A DNA stretch of 64,000 nt from an uncultured delta proteobacterium (GTDB lineage: Bacteria; Myxococcota; UBA727; VGSZ01), in NCBI GenBank assembly GCA_963775425.1, contig CAVZJB010000016.1, positions 864,001 through 928,000 of the forward strand. Reading direction: 5' to 3'. Of the stretch, positions 19,809 to 31,308 are shown in pieces. The notes beneath the pieces were generated by a model. That model saw only the letters and a list, made by a program, of their open reading frames with translations, was not told the origin of the DNA and searched no databases. The number at the start of each line of letters is the position of its first letter. Position 1 is the stretch's first letter. The translations under genes were made by a program, and so were the position numbers.

Positions 19809-20360
19809 CTACACCTTCGGCGACGGCGCCTTCCTGGTGAACTTCTTTTCGTACGCGGCCAGGGAGCGCTCGACCACCTTCACGGCCTCGTCGAGCCCGA
19901 GCGGCGCGGCGACGCGCACGTCCTTCTCCTCGAGCGCCTTGTAGTCGCCGAAGAAGCGCATGACCTCGTTCATGCGGAAAGGCGCGAGGTCGTCGAGGGT
20001 GCGCACGCCGTCGAACATCGGGTCGCCGATCATCACGCCGATGATCTTGTCGTCGACGTCGCCCTGGTCGATCATCGGCATCACCCCGATGACGCGCGCG
20101 CTCAACAGCGCCCCCGGCTGCACGTCCTCCTGCGAGAGCACCAGGACGTCGAGGGCGTCGCCGTCGTCGTCGAGGGTCTGCGGGATGAAGCCGTAGTTGG
20201 CGGGGTAGTGGATGGCCCCGTAGAGCACGCGGCTCGCCCGCAGGAGGCCGGAGTCCTTGTCGATCTCGTACTTGACGCGGCCCCCGCGCGGGATCTCGAC
20301 GAAGACGTCCACGACGCGCGGGACGCCGCTTCCGGGGCTCAGATCGTGCCAGGCATGCAT
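19809..20360 (-). CDS. ppa: Inorganic pyrophosphatase (family I)
   Basis: EIPRGGRVKYEIDK, YPANYGFIPQT, DGDALDVLV, DQGDVDDKI, FFGDYKALE. Confidence 0.95.
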   Translation of the reverse strand: MHAWHDLSPGSGVPRVVDVFVEIPRGGRVKYEIDKDSGLLRASRVLYGAIHYPANYGFIPQTLDDDGDALDVLVLSQEDVQPGALLSARVIGVMPMIDQGDVDDKIIGVMIGDPMFDGVRTLDDLAPFRMNEVMRFFGDYKALEEKDVRVAAPLGLDEAVKVVERSLAAYEKKFTRKAPSPKV

Positions 20361-20407
20361 GCGCGCGGTTGTAGACCGCCCGGGGTGCTCCCGTCGACGC
20401 CCCGTAC

Positions 20408-20431
20408 GGCGGGGGCTCGTCCCCCGCGTCG
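20408..20431. repeat. Single REP-like palindrome
   Basis: ggcgggggctcgtcccccgcgtcg, near-exact reverse complement of the 24-nt BMC repeat unit. Confidence 0.75.
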
Positions 20432-20491
20432 TCATGATCCGGCGCGGTCGACGTTGCCGGTGCCCTCCCACGCGCCCCACAAGGGCGCGCC

Positions 20492-21946
20492 CTACGGCCG
20501 CTCCTGGAGCGGCCCGACGACGACGGCGGGCGCGACCAGCGTCGCGGCGGCGGCGGTGAGGCCCTGCTGCGACGCGCTTCCGACGGCGCCCCAGCGAAGC
20601 GCCGCCTCGTCGGACGCGGTGGCGAGGTCGAGGGGCACGGAGAAGACCATGGCCAGGTCGGCGGGGCCGGTGTTGGTGAGGCTCCCCGCGCCCGGCCCGG
20701 CGCCGAAGTAGGTGTCAAGGATCGCGTCGGTGTCGTCGCTGTCGAAGGCGTCGGCGCCCTCGACGAAGGCGGCGGCGCACCCGGGAGCGCCGCAGATGCG
20801 CATGGCGCCGGTGCCGGCGTCGCGAAACGACGTGTTGTTGTCGAAGGAGGGCACGTCGACGTCGAAGAGCAGGCGCACCTCGGCCGGCGCGGTCGTCGCC
20901 GCACCGGAGATGAAGCTCACGCCCACGAAGCCGGGAACGGCGTCGTCGAGGGCGACGAGCTCGCGGATGACGAGGCCGTCGGGCCCGGCCGCGCTCTGGC
21001 CGACGACGGTGAAGCCGCCGTCGACGAATTTCCGCCGCGCGCCGCTCACCGGCGACAGCAGCGCGGGCGGCGCAGGGGGAGAGCCGCCGCAGGAGCTCGG
21101 CGCGAACGCCTTGTCGGCACCGTCGACGAGCCCGATGGCGCGCTCGAAGAAGAGGTCGTCCTGCGAGGAGAACATCTCGTTGCCGTGGAGCGTGAGCGGC
21201 GCGTCGCCGGAGTTGCCGCCGTTGCGGCCGAAGCGCATGGGCGCGCCCGCGCCGGCGTACATGGAGAGCAGCCAGAAGTCGTTGCGCCACGTCGGCGGCG
21301 GCGCGGCCGTGCCGTCGTCGAAGTACACGGTGAGCGGGTGGGGGCCGCTGCCGGCGGGGAGCCGCGCGAAGAGCCAGACGCGCCCGGCGCCGCGGTCGGC
21401 GAACGCGGGGACCAGCGCGCCGTCCTCGGCGTGCACGCGCAGCGACGGCGGGTCCGCGACCGCGCCGCTGTGTCCGGCGGCCGCGAGCAGGCCGTCGAGA
21501 TCGAGCGGCACGATCGCCGTCGCCGGCCCTGCCTCGTCGATCGCGACGTCGACGGCGAAGGCGAGCCCGGGCTCGAGCCACGGGTCGCCCTCTCCTTCGC
21601 CCTCGCCCTCCCCTTCTCCTTCGCCTTCGCCTTCCCCTTCGCCCTCTCCTTCGCCCTCTCCTTCGCCCTCTCCTTCGCCTTCGCCTTCTCCCTCGCCCTC
21701 TCCTTCGCCTTCGCCTTCGCCTTCTCCCTCGCCTTCGCCTTCGCCCTCCCCTTCACCGGACTCGCCCTCCCCTTCACCCTCGCCCTCGCCCTCGTCGCCG
21801 GCGAGCGCCACGATGCACGCCCCCGCCGCGCACGTGTAGCCCGAGACGCAGGCGTGGGTGTCGTCGCAGCTCTTGCCGCCGAGCGCGACGTCGTCGACGC
21901 AGGAGGAGACGGCGCAGGCGGTGATGAGCAGGAGTGCGAAGCGCAC
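20492..21946 (-). CDS. Lipoprotein: small Cys module + long (GE)n linker + unknown C-terminal domain
   Basis: GTG start, lipobox-like VSSC, CDDTHACVSGYTCAAGAC, (GE)n at about 21587-21795. Confidence 0.75.
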   Translation of the reverse strand: MRFALLLITACAVSSCVDDVALGGKSCDDTHACVSGYTCAAGACIVALAGDEGEGEGEGEGESGEGEGEGEGEGEGEGEGEGEGEGEGEGEGEGEGEGEGEGEGEGEGEGEGEGEGEGEGDPWLEPGLAFAVDVAIDEAGPATAIVPLDLDGLLAAAGHSGAVADPPSLRVHAEDGALVPAFADRGAGRVWLFARLPAGSGPHPLTVYFDDGTAAPPPTWRNDFWLLSMYAGAGAPMRFGRNGGNSGDAPLTLHGNEMFSSQDDLFFERAIGLVDGADKAFAPSSCGGSPPAPPALLSPVSGARRKFVDGGFTVVGQSAAGPDGLVIRELVALDDAVPGFVGVSFISGAATTAPAEVRLLFDVDVPSFDNNTSFRDAGTGAMRICGAPGCAAAFVEGADAFDSDDTDAILDTYFGAGPGAGSLTNTGPADLAMVFSVPLDLATASDEAALRWGAVGSASQQGLTAAAATLVAPAVVVGPLQERP

Positions 21947-21968
21947 GGCCCCAGAGTAGCACCCCCCG

Positions 21969-22666
21969 TCAGCGCCGGATCGTTCCGGGTCGGGGGTGCG
22001 GCGGGCTCCGGGGAGGGGGCTCGTCGCCGCTTCCGGTGGCGGCGGCGCGCACGCCGCGGTCCGCGTCATGGGCGAGGGCGTGCAGGACGTCGGCCGCGCC
22101 GTGGACGCCGCGCAGGGCACGGGCGACGGCGGCGCGCACGGCGGGGGCGGCGTCGGCGCGCAGGCCGAGGGTGACGCCGAGATCGCCCGGCCCCCGGCGC
22201 GCGGCGAGCGCGTCGACGGCGCGCGCGAGGAGCGCCGCGCGCCGTTCGCCGCCGCCCGCCCTCTCCCGCGCGATGACCGCGAGCGCGACCTCGCGCACCC
22301 GCGGCGCGCCCGGCGCCGCGGCGGCGCGCCGCGCGAGGCAGTCGAGCGCCTGCAGCTCGGTGCTCTGCGCCCCCGCCGACGGCGCCGGCGCCTGCGCGAC
22401 CGCCGCCCCCTCTGCGGCGAGGAGCCCCGGATACGCGGGCGTGTCGACATGGCGGCACATCGCGTCCGCGACGAACGCGCCGACGGAGCGCTCCACGCCC
22501 GCGTCGATCTCGAACACGAGCACGAGCGCGTCGTCGGCGAGGAGGGCGCGAAGCTGGACGCGAGCACGGCGAGCGCCTTGTCGTCGACGCGATCGGCCGG
22601 GTCGTTCACCGGGGGCGGCGCCGCAGCGAGGACCAACGCGAGGGCGAGCGCCGCCGGGCACCTCAC
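21969..22666 (-). CDS. Exported HEAT-repeat-like protein with an apparent 1-nt frameshift near 22560
   Basis: Signal peptide MRCPAALALALVLAAA in one frame; LRADAAPAVRAAVARAL...LAHDADRGVRAAA in another; GTG overlaps the restored ALDH stop. Confidence 0.55.
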
Positions 22667-24184
22667 ACGATGCGGAAGTAGTCCTTCAGCGTGCAGCGGC
22701 GCTCACGGGAAAACGAGAATCGCCGTCGTGAGGCCCTCACCCGTGGGCGAAGCGATGGTGAAGCTGGTGTAGCCCTCGCCGCCGAGGCCGAGGCCCGCGA
22801 ACGTGGGCGCGTTCTTCACGTAGATGGAGCAGTCGATGGCGCGGGCCATCTTGTGCAGCGTCTCGATGTTGGTGGAGTAGCACGTGGCCGTGTGCCCGAA
22901 GCCGTGCTCGCAGCGCACCGCGGCGGCGATGGCCTCGTCGACGTCCTTGACGCGCACCATGGGGAGCACCGGCATCAACAGCTCGGTCTGCACGAAGGGG
23001 TGGTCCTCGCCGTCCACCTCGCACAGCAGGACGCGCGTGGACTCGGGGACGGTCTTGCCGATGGCGCGGGCGATCTTGGCCGCGTCCTTGCCGACCCAGT
23101 CCTTGTGGGGGTGGGCGCCGTCGTCGGCGAGGACGAGCTTCTCGAGCTTGCTGATGTCCGCCCGCGACATCTCGGCGCCGCCGGCAGCGAGGATCTCGCG
23201 CTTGAGCATGTCCGCGATCTCACGGACCGCGAACACCTCCTTCTCCGCGATGCACACGATGTTGTTGTCGAGCGACGCGCCCGCGACGATGCCCTTGCCC
23301 GCGCGGCGCATGTCGGCGGTCTCGTCGACGACCACGGGCGGGTTGCCGGGGCCGCCGCAGATGGCGCGCTTGCCCGAGGTCATCGCCGCCTTGACCACGC
23401 CCGGCCCGCCGGTGACGACGACGAGGCGGATGCCCGGGTGGCGCATGAGCGCGTTGGCGCTCTCGATGGTGGGCTCGCCGATCATGGCGATGAGCGAGTC
23501 CGGCCCGCCGGCGGCGACGATGGCGTCGTTGAGTTGCTCGACCAGGAAGCGGCAGACCTTCTTGGCGCCCGGGTGGACGTTGAACACCACCGAGTTGCCC
23601 GCGGCGATCATGCCGATGGAGTTGCAGATGATGGTCTCGGTGGGGTTGGTGGTGGGCGTGATGGCGCCGATGACGCCGTAAGGGGCCCGCTCCATCAACA
23701 CGAGGCCGTCGTCGCCGGACTGCGCCCACGGCCGGAGGATCTCCGTGCCGGGCGTCTTGTCGGTGACGAGCTTGTTCTTGTTGATCTTGTCGTCGAACCT
23801 GCCGAGGCCCGTCTCGTCGACGGCCATCTGCGAGATCTGCTGCACGATCTGGTGGCAACGCGCGCGGATGGCGGCGATGACCCGGTCGCGGTCCGCCAGG
23901 TGCATCTCGTGGACGAGGATCTCGTGGGCGCCGCGGGCGGCCTTCACGGCGCTGTCGATGTCGTCGAACACGCCGCGCCTGGCGGAGCCGTGCACCGCGA
24001 ACGACCGGCGCCCGCCCCCGCCGCCGATGGACGCGCGCCACGCGGGCTCGGGGGGCGTGGGGGCGCACACCTCGCCGCGGGCGGGCGTGGGCACGGGAGG
24101 CGCGCGACGCTCGAGCGCGGGGGCGAGCCGCTCGACCACGCGGGCGACGATCTCTTCCACCTTGCGGTCGTCGAAGCTCGCCAT
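22663..24184 (-). CDS. BMC-associated acylating aldehyde dehydrogenase (EutE/PduP family) with N-terminal encapsulation peptide; 1-nt insertion near 22718
   Basis: PYGVIGAITPTTNP, VTGGPGVV, GPGNPP, DNNIVCIAEKE, TIASPTGEG; removing one base restores ISFSRERRCTLKDYFRIV* ending at 22663. Confidence 0.92.
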
Positions 24185-24187
24185 GGG

Positions 24188-24490
24188 TCAGCTCGCCGCT
24201 TCCGACTTCCGGTAGCGGGACTTCCCCTGCACCGTGATCTCGTCGACGATGGCCATGATGACGTGGTCGACGGGCTTGTTGCGCGTGACCTCGGTCTGCC
24301 GCGCGGACGAGCCCGCCGCGTAGAGCACGAGCTCGCCCACACCCGCGCCGACGGCGTCGGCGGCGACCACGACGGAGCTGGTGAGCTTGCCGTCGAGGTC
24401 CACGCCCCGCACGACGAGGAGCTTGATGCCCTCGATCTCCGGCTCTTTGCGCGTGGACACCACGGTGCCGACAATCTGCCCCATCAACAT
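24188..24490 (-). CDS. Microcompartment vertex pentamer (BMC-P, EutN/CcmL family)
   Basis: [43 protein letters not shown]. Confidence 0.95.
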   Translation of the reverse strand: MLMGQIVGTVVSTRKEPEIEGIKLLVVRGVDLDGKLTSSVVVAADAVGAGVGELVLYAAGSSARQTEVTRNKPVDHVIMAIVDEITVQGKSRYRKSEAAS

Positions 24491-24500
24491 GGCTCAACTC

Positions 24501-24621
24501 CGAAAGGCGGGGACGAGCCCCCGCACGAAGCGGGGGACGAGCCCCCGCACGAAGCGGGCGACGAGCCCCCGCACGAAGCAGGGGACGAGCCCCCGTTCGA
24601 AGCGGGGGACGAGCCCCCGCC
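24501..24621. repeat. Five tandem 24-nt palindromic units (CGAAGCGGGGGACGAGCCCCCGCA)
   Basis: Units start at 24501, 24526, 24550, 24574, 24598; consensus has a GCGGGGG/CCCCCGC stem and ACGAG loop; no spacers. Confidence 0.92.
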
Positions 24622-24924
24622 CTACTTCTTGGTGGCTCCGAGGGGAAGGACGTCGTCGATGTTGGCGTGCGGCCGCGGGATGACGTGCACGCTCACGAGC
24701 TCGCCGACGCGCTCGGCCGCGCGGGCGCCGGCCTCGGTGGCGGCCTTCACGGCCGCGACGTCGCCGCGGACGATGGCGGTGACGAACCCCCCGCCGTAGC
24801 CCTTCTCGTAGCCCACGAGGCTCACCTTGGCGGCCTTCACCATGGCGTCGCTGGCCTCGACCATGCCGACGAAGCCCTTGGTCTCGATGAGACCCAACGC
24901 CTGCCCAACCACGCTGTCTGCCAT
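24622..24924 (-). CDS. Microcompartment hexamer shell protein (BMC-H)
   Basis: [24 protein letters not shown]...[14 protein letters not shown]...HVIPRPH; GGAGG RBS. Confidence 0.97.
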   Translation of the reverse strand: MADSVVGQALGLIETKGFVGMVEASDAMVKAAKVSLVGYEKGYGGGFVTAIVRGDVAAVKAATEAGARAAERVGELVSVHVIPRPHANIDDVLPLGATKK

Positions 24925-24938
24925 CTCTGTCCTCCGAG

Positions 24939-25574
24939 CTATTTGTCCTTGGACGTCGCCGGAGCGACGCCGGTGATGCCTTCGAGCGCGGCCGTCGCCG
25001 CGGCCGCCGCGCTGTCGATCTCGCTCTCGCTGCCCGCCATGTACAAGCGCCCGAAGGCGCCGAACGGCAGGAAGTCCACGAGGCGCACGTTGGCCGCTTT
25101 CTCGGCCTCGTTGGCGGCCAACGCGATGTACGCCGCGGGCTCGCACTCCATGATGAGCAGCGACAGGCCCGGCTCGATCATCGCGCCGAAGCGGATCTTG
25201 TCGATGATCATCGCGTGCATCGGCTCGATGGCGCGGATGATGGTGTTGGACACCACGCGCGGCTTGATGCGGTCGTCGACCTTGTTGCCGAGCTGCTTGA
25301 GGATGGCGTCGCCCGCGGAGAGCACCTCGCCCTTGTCCTCGTGGTGCACCTCGAGCATACCGTAGGCGCGCTCGACGACGAGCGTGGCCGGCTGCGCGCG
25401 CGTGTTCTTGAGCGCGGAGTCGAGCAGGCGGTGGATGGCCATGCCCGGCGCGATCTCGACGAAGAGGGACGCGACGCCCGGCACCGGGAAGTAGCCGCGG
25501 CACGTCGTGCAGATGTGCGCCGCTACCTGCGGCTGCAGCGAGTCGAGGAAGGTGTAGCTGCGCAGAGTCGCCAT
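24939..25574 (-). CDS. Microcompartment permuted tandem shell protein (BMC-Tdp, CcmP/Haliangium T2-like)
   Basis: [49 protein letters not shown]. Confidence 0.93.
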   Translation of the reverse strand: MATLRSYTFLDSLQPQVAAHICTTCRGYFPVPGVASLFVEIAPGMAIHRLLDSALKNTRAQPATLVVERAYGMLEVHHEDKGEVLSAGDAILKQLGNKVDDRIKPRVVSNTIIRAIEPMHAMIIDKIRFGAMIEPGLSLLIMECEPAAYIALAANEAEKAANVRLVDFLPFGAFGRLYMAGSESEIDSAAAAATAALEGITGVAPATSKDK

Positions 25575-25683
25575 GATGGCGCGCGGAGTAGCACTGCGGA
25601 GCGGTCGGTCGCAAGCGGTACGAGCCACTTCGGACGCCGCCGAGGCGGAGACGTCCGGCGGTGCGGCGCAGTAGCCTCGTGGC

Positions 25684-28077
25684 ATGTCGTCGCTGGTGGC
25701 CAAGGGACGCCGGATCGCCGGCCGGTACCGCCCCGTCCGCCGCCTCGGCGCGGGCGGCATGGGCGAGGTCTGGCAGGTCCACGACGAGTCCCTCGACGAG
25801 GACGTCGCGCTCAAGCTCATCACCCACCAGGCGGCCGCCAACGCCGGGGCGCGCTTTCGCCGCGAGGTGAAGCTGGCCCGGCGCGTGGTGCACCCGCGGT
25901 GCGCGCGCGTGTTCGACCTCGGCGAGGACGGCGGCGAGCTGTTTTTGACCATGGAGCTCGTGACGGGGACGTCCCTGTCGAAGCTCCTGCGCGGCTCGCC
26001 GCCGCCGGGCGCCCTGCTCGCCGTCCTCGCCGACGTGTGCGGCGCCCTGGCCGCCATCCACGAGGCCGGCATCGTCCACAGAGACCTCAAGCCCGGCAAC
26101 ATCCTCGTCGACCGCCGCGGCCACGGCGTGGTCATCGACTTCGGCCTCGCGCGCGATCTCGGGGAGCACGGCCCCGCCCTGACCCACGGCTTCATCGGCA
26201 CCCTCGACTACATGGCGCCCGAGCAGGTGGCGGGCGACCCCGTCACCTCCGCCACCGACGTCTACGCGCTCGGCACCGTGATCTTCGAGTGCATCGCGCA
26301 GCGCGTGCCGTTCACCGGCGAGGAGGCCCAGCGCCTGATGGCACGGGTGGAGCGCGACGCGCCCCGGCTCGGCGACGTCGCGCCCGCCGTGCTGCCGCCC
26401 GGCCTCACCGCCGTCGTCGACGCGTGCCTGGCGCGCGATCCGTCGGCGCGGCCCGGCGTGGCCGAGGTGCACCGGGCGCTCGAAGACGCCGAGCGGCTCC
26501 TGCGGGCCAGCAGCGACGGCGTCGGGGACGCGCCCATGGCGTCCCTCGCCGGCGACGAGGTCACGCAGGTCGACGGCGTCGCCGTCGGCTTCCAGCGCAT
26601 CGTGGTGCGGCCCTTCGCCGGGGGAGACATCGGCCCCCTGCTCGCCGAGGAGCTCGCCGACGCCCTCGCCCGCGGCGCGGGCATCGAGGTCGTCCCGCCG
26701 CACGCCGTGGGCCTCGAGCCGCACACGGACCCGGACGTCCACGCCCCCACCGCCGAGGAGCTGCCGCGCCCGCGCGCCCCCCGTGCCGCGCGCATCAAGC
26801 GCACCGAGCCCATCGAGGAGGAGGAGCGGGCGACGGCGGCCGCGTTCCACGCGCGCTGGGTGGTGAGCGGCACCGTCGAGGTCGTCGATGAGGGCCTGCG
26901 CGTCGACGCGCGCCTCGTCGACGACCGCGGCGAGGTGCTGTGGACGGACACATTCGTCGCCCGCACCGCGGAGCTCCTCGGCGCCGACGGCCTGCTCGCG
27001 CAGCGCATCGCCGAGGCGCTCCGCGTGGAGCTCGGCGCAGTGTCGGACCACGACGTCCCCGACGAGGCGGCGCTCCTGTATCTGCGCGCGCGACACGCGC
27101 TGCGCCGCTCGGCGGTGGTCGAGGTCGACGCCGTGCTCGGACAGCTCGATCGCTGCCTCGCGCTCGCGCCCGAGTACGCCCCCGCGCTCGCCGCGCGCGC
27201 CATCGCGTGCGCCCGAGCGCGCTTCGTCCCCACGTTCCACGGCAGCGCCATCGAGGCCGGCGACGCGGCGCAGGCCGTGGAGCGCGCGCTGCTGCTCGCG
27301 CCCGACGCCCCCGACACGCACTACGCGGCGGCGCTCCTCGCGGGGCAGGAGGGGAACACCGCCGCGTGCGTCGATCGGCTGCGCGACACGCTCTCGCTCG
27401 CCCCCGCCCACCCGCTCGCGCTGCAGTTCCTCGGGCGCATCGCCTGCGAGGTGGGCCGCGTCCGCGAAGGCGTAGCGAACATCCGGCGGGCCGTGCGCAT
27501 CGATCCCGGGTGCGGCGGCGCGCTGTCCTCGGCCGCGCGCGCGTACGCCCTGCGTGGGCACATCGACGTCGCCCGCGACCTCCTTCGCCGCGCGCGCACG
27601 CTCGCTGACGGCCCCGACTGCTGGGCCGTGGGCATCCGCATCGCCGAGTACTGCGGCGATACGGCCGGCCTCGACGATGTCCAAAAGGCCATCGGTGAGC
27701 CCAACGACGCCCTCGGCGTCTTTCTCGCCACGCACGCGCGCCTCGTCGCCACCGGCGAAGGCCTCGACGAGATCCGCCAGCTCCTCGCGCTCGCAGCACA
27801 GCTCCCGCTGTCGCCGCGGACGGGCTCGTATGTCTGCCAGCTCGGCGTCGAGGTCTTCGCGCGCCGCTCCCCCGAGGAGGCGCTGGCCCACCTCGAGCGC
27901 GGCGCCGGCATCGCCGTGATGGACGTCGACTGGCTCCGTCGTTGCCCGCTGCTCGACGGCCTCCGCACCGAGCGGCGCTTCACCGCCGCCGCCGCGTGCA
28001 TCGAGGAGCGGGCCCGGGCGGCGTGGCCGAGCGAGAAGCCGCGCCTCGAGCTGTCCTCCGACGCCCCGCTGAGCTGA
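25684..28077 (+). CDS. Hanks-type Ser/Thr protein kinase with TolB_N-like and TPR-like C-terminal region
   Basis: [38 protein letters not shown]. Confidence 0.92.
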   Translation: MSSLVAKGRRIAGRYRPVRRLGAGGMGEVWQVHDESLDEDVALKLITHQAAANAGARFRREVKLARRVVHPRCARVFDLGEDGGELFLTMELVTGTSLSKLLRGSPPPGALLAVLADVCGALAAIHEAGIVHRDLKPGNILVDRRGHGVVIDFGLARDLGEHGPALTHGFIGTLDYMAPEQVAGDPVTSATDVYALGTVIFECIAQRVPFTGEEAQRLMARVERDAPRLGDVAPAVLPPGLTAVVDACLARDPSARPGVAEVHRALEDAERLLRASSDGVGDAPMASLAGDEVTQVDGVAVGFQRIVVRPFAGGDIGPLLAEELADALARGAGIEVVPPHAVGLEPHTDPDVHAPTAEELPRPRAPRAARIKRTEPIEEEERATAAAFHARWVVSGTVEVVDEGLRVDARLVDDRGEVLWTDTFVARTAELLGADGLLAQRIAEALRVELGAVSDHDVPDEAALLYLRARHALRRSAVVEVDAVLGQLDRCLALAPEYAPALAARAIACARARFVPTFHGSAIEAGDAAQAVERALLLAPDAPDTHYAAALLAGQEGNTAACVDRLRDTLSLAPAHPLALQFLGRIACEVGRVREGVANIRRAVRIDPGCGGALSSAARAYALRGHIDVARDLLRRARTLADGPDCWAVGIRIAEYCGDTAGLDDVQKAIGEPNDALGVFLATHARLVATGEGLDEIRQLLALAAQLPLSPRTGSYVCQLGVEVFARRSPEEALAHLERGAGIAVMDVDWLRRCPLLDGLRTERRFTAAAACIEERARAAWPSEKPRLELSSDAPLS

Positions 28078-28125
28078 GGCGCCGCACCCTTGTGGCGCTC
28101 GCGCGCGCCACGGTACACGGCGGGC

Positions 28126-28896
28126 ATGGCAAACGCGCTCTCCGGCCGCACCGCGGTCGTCACCGGGTCGTCCACGGGCATCGGCTTCGCCGTCGCCAAG
28201 GCGCTCGCCGCCGCCGGCGCGGACGTCGTCGTCAACGGGCGCGACGAGAGCTGGCTCGGCGCCGCCGTCAAGCTCCTCAAGCACGAGGTCCCGGGCGCCA
28301 CGGCGCGCAGCGTGGTGGCCGACCTCGGCACCGCCGAGGGCGTCCTGCTGTTGGTGGAGTCGGAGCCGCGCGCCGACATCCTCGTGAACAACCTCGGCGT
28401 GTTTTCGCCGGCGGGCTTCTTCGACATCGATGACGACGCGTGGGATCGCTACTGGCGCGTCAACGTCATGAGCGCCGTGCGGCTGTCGCGCCACTACACG
28501 CGCGGCATGGTCGAGCGCGGCTTCGGGCGCGTGCTGTTCAACGCCAGCGTCACCGGCGGCTTCCGCCCCGGCGAGATGGTGCACTACGGCACCACCAAGG
28601 CGGCGCTGCTCGGCTTGTCGCGCGGCCTCGCCGAGACGGTCGCCGGCAGCGGCGTGACCGTGAACGCGTTCATCCCCGGGCCCACGCGCACCGAGCGCGT
28701 CGGCACCGCGCTCGACGCCGACGCCGACGCCGCCGCGGACGCCCAGGCGCTGGTCGAGCGCGAGTCGTTGTTGAAGCGCTTCAACACGCCCGACGAGGTG
28801 GCGGCGCTCGTGGCGTTCCTGGCCTCGGAGGCGGCGTCGGGGATCACCGGATCGGCGCTGCGCGTCGACGGCGGGTTCGTGCGCTCGCTGCTGTGA
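28126..28896 (+). CDS. Short-chain dehydrogenase/reductase
   Basis: [33 protein letters not shown]. Confidence 0.93.
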   Translation: MANALSGRTAVVTGSSTGIGFAVAKALAAAGADVVVNGRDESWLGAAVKLLKHEVPGATARSVVADLGTAEGVLLLVESEPRADILVNNLGVFSPAGFFDIDDDAWDRYWRVNVMSAVRLSRHYTRGMVERGFGRVLFNASVTGGFRPGEMVHYGTTKAALLGLSRGLAETVAGSGVTVNAFIPGPTRTERVGTALDADADAAADAQALVERESLLKRFNTPDEVAALVAFLASEAASGITGSALRVDGGFVRSLL

Positions 28897-28944
28897 ACGG
28901 GCGGAGGTTCGCTCCGCTGGCGAGGGCGGTGTAGGCTGACACCC

Positions 28945-29604
28945 GTGCCTCTCCTCCTGTGCCTCGCGTTGCTGGCACCCGCCGGGGGGAAAATGTACCT
29001 GTCCATCGGCAAGGACGGCACGCCGGTGGTCACCGACTACCCGCACAAGCACGCCGTCCGCTACGCGCCGGGCGACTTCGAAAAGATCGCGATGCACGAA
29101 CGGGGCATCCCCCACCGCGGCCTCGCGTTCGACGACGACGGCTTCGGCGGGCCTCCCGTGGTCATCACCCTGCGCGGCGCCCCTGCGCGCAGCACCAGCT
29201 TGGCGCCGCCGGCGATCGAGAGGCTCATCGCCAGGGCGAGCGCGAAGTACGGCGTGCCGCAGGCCCTCGTGCGCGCGGTCGTCGCCGTGGAGTCCGCGTT
29301 CAAGCCGGACGCGGTGTCGCACGCCGGCGCCCTCGGCCTCATGCAGCTCATGCCCGACACCGCGGCCGATCTCGGGGTGAAGGACCCGTTCGACCCCGAG
29401 CAGAACGTCATGGGTGGCACCCGCTACCTCGCGTTCCTCCTCAAGCACTTCGGCGACGAGGAGCTCGCCGTGGCCGCGTACAACGCCGGCCCCGCCCGGG
29501 TGGCGCGGGAGGGCGCGGTGCCGGACATTCCGGAGACCCGCGCCTACGTCCAATCCGTCCTTGGACTTCGCAGGGCGTATGGGGGCATTCTCTCCACGCG
29601 CTAG
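28945..29604 (+). CDS. Lytic transglycosylase (SLT domain)
   Basis: AVESAF...[31 protein letters not shown]. Confidence 0.93.
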   Translation: MPLLLCLALLAPAGGKMYLSIGKDGTPVVTDYPHKHAVRYAPGDFEKIAMHERGIPHRGLAFDDDGFGGPPVVITLRGAPARSTSLAPPAIERLIARASAKYGVPQALVRAVVAVESAFKPDAVSHAGALGLMQLMPDTAADLGVKDPFDPEQNVMGGTRYLAFLLKHFGDEELAVAAYNAGPARVAREGAVPDIPETRAYVQSVLGLRRAYGGILSTR

Positions 29605-29622
29605 CCGACCGGAGGACTGGGG

Positions 29623-31308
29623 ATGGCCGACACGGACAAGCCCGCACGCGACGAGGAGTTCTACTACCTCCTCACGGAGGGCTCGGAGCTGTTGCAGGCC
29701 GGGAAGGTCGACGACGCGCGCAAGCACTTCGAGCGCGCGCTGTCGATGAACCCGACCCACGAGCAGGCGCTCAACCTGCTCGGGCTCTCCTTGTTCCGCC
29801 TGAACCAGCTCGACCGCGCCCGCCAGATCTTCGCCGACCTCGTCCACAACAACCCCGTGGAGCCGTCGCTGCGGCTGAACCTGGCCATGGTCCACCTGAA
29901 GACCGGCCACCTCGACGACGCCAAGCTCGAGCTCGAGCGCGTCCTCGAGCTGTCGCCGGAGCACCCGCGCGCCACCAGCTATATGGGCCTCGTGCTCGAA
30001 CGCCAGGGCGACCTCGACCGCGCCGCGGAGTTCTACGAGCGCGCCGGCAACAAGAAGCGCGCGGACGAGATCCGCGCGTACCGCCCCACGGCCACGGGCA
30101 CGTTCCCGCTGCCGAACCTCCAGGCGATGATCGCCGCGGCCAAGTCCGAGCCGCCGAAGGAGGAGGCTTCTGCGAAGCCGAAGCCGGTCTCGTCCATCAC
30201 GCCGCTCAACGCGGTGACGGGACAGGCCGCGTCCACGCCGCCCACGTCGGGGGCGGCCACGTCGGGGGCGGCCACGTCGGGGGCGGCCACGTCGGGGGCG
30301 GCCACGTCGGGGGCGCCCACGTCGGGGGCGCAGGCGGCGGCGCTCACGGCGGCCACCGCGGCGCACCTGAACCGCGACGAGCCGCCGCCCGCGGCGGACG
30401 CGGTGCAGAGCGTACGCGGCGCGTCGCTCGGCTTCACGCTCGAGGTCGACGAGCGCAACAAGAAGGCGCCGTCCCCTTCCGCGTCCCCTTCCCCGTCGCT
30501 CGTCCCCACGCAGACGCCGTCGGCGGCCACGCCCGCGGCGCCGGCCGCGCCGTCGCCGACCGCGCCCTCGTCGACCGCGCCGTCGCCGACCGCGCCGTCG
30601 TCCACCGCGCCGTCGTCCACCGCGCCGTCGTCCACCGCGCCGTCGTCCACCGCGCCGTCGTCCACCGCGACCCCGCGTGGCGCGCGCCTCGCCGCGAGCA
30701 CGCTGCCCGAGATCATCGCCTCCGCCGTCACCGCGGAGGAGCCCACGCTCCGCGACGACGGCATCCTCGCGTTCCCGGTCCCCGACGTCGGCTACGTGCG
30801 CACCGACCTCCTGGTGGCGCTCGCGGGCCAGTTCGAGATCGAGCCGGTGAACCGCCGCTACCGGGGTAAGCGCACCGACAGCCTCTTCGGCGGCCCCGAG
30901 GCGGCCATCGTCGCCCTGCTCGGGCGGGGGCTCGCGCTGTTGTACCCGGACAAGCTCCACCCGCGCCTCGTGACGCTCAAGAGCGAGGAGCTCTACCTCG
31001 TCGAGGCCGCGCTGCTCGCGTTCACGCAGGGGCTCGTGTGGGAGAACGGCCGCCTCCCGTCGGAGAGCGACCGCGACCTCGACATCGTGCACCTGCGCGG
31101 CAGCGGCCGCCTGGTCCTCGGCACGCGGAGCCCGCTCATCTCGCTCCCGGTGCGCCAGGAGCACCCCGTCACCGTGCACGCCTCGCGGCTCGTCGGCTGG
31201 AACGGCCAGCTCGTGCCCTATCGCGCCCCGCTGCCCGGCCTCCCCGACGCCGCGCGCCGGATCCCCGTGGTGCGGTTCGAGGGGAACGGCGTCGTCCTCG
31301 CCATCTAG
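29623..31308 (+). CDS. TPR protein with Ser/Thr/Ala/Pro linker and AIM24-like C-terminal domain
   Basis: N-terminal TPR-like helices; 15-bp repeats (ATSGA, STAPS) at about 30241-30330 and 30546-30670; C-terminal LRGSGRLVL...RFEGNGVVL. Confidence 0.7.
   Translation: MADTDKPARDEEFYYLLTEGSELLQAGKVDDARKHFERALSMNPTHEQALNLLGLSLFRLNQLDRARQIFADLVHNNPVEPSLRLNLAMVHLKTGHLDDAKLELERVLELSPEHPRATSYMGLVLERQGDLDRAAEFYERAGNKKRADEIRAYRPTATGTFPLPNLQAMIAAAKSEPPKEEASAKPKPVSSITPLNAVTGQAASTPPTSGAATSGAATSGAATSGAATSGAPTSGAQAAALTAATAAHLNRDEPPPAADAVQSVRGASLGFTLEVDERNKKAPSPSASPSPSLVPTQTPSAATPAAPAAPSPTAPSSTAPSPTAPSSTAPSSTAPSSTAPSSTAPSSTATPRGARLAASTLPEIIASAVTAEEPTLRDDGILAFPVPDVGYVRTDLLVALAGQFEIEPVNRRYRGKRTDSLFGGPEAAIVALLGRGLALLYPDKLHPRLVTLKSEELYLVEAALLAFTQGLVWENGRLPSESDRDLDIVHLRGSGRLVLGTRSPLISLPVRQEHPVTVHASRLVGWNGQLVPYRAPLPGLPDAARRIPVVRFEGNGVVLAI

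Noticed and set aside
20492-22666. Single 724-aa protein
   Set aside because: It joins the signal peptide of the frameshifted HEAT-like gene, an off-frame stretch and a separate lipoprotein starting at 21946.
24501-24621. CRISPR array
   Set aside because: Units are directly adjacent with no unique spacers, and no cas genes are visible in the window.
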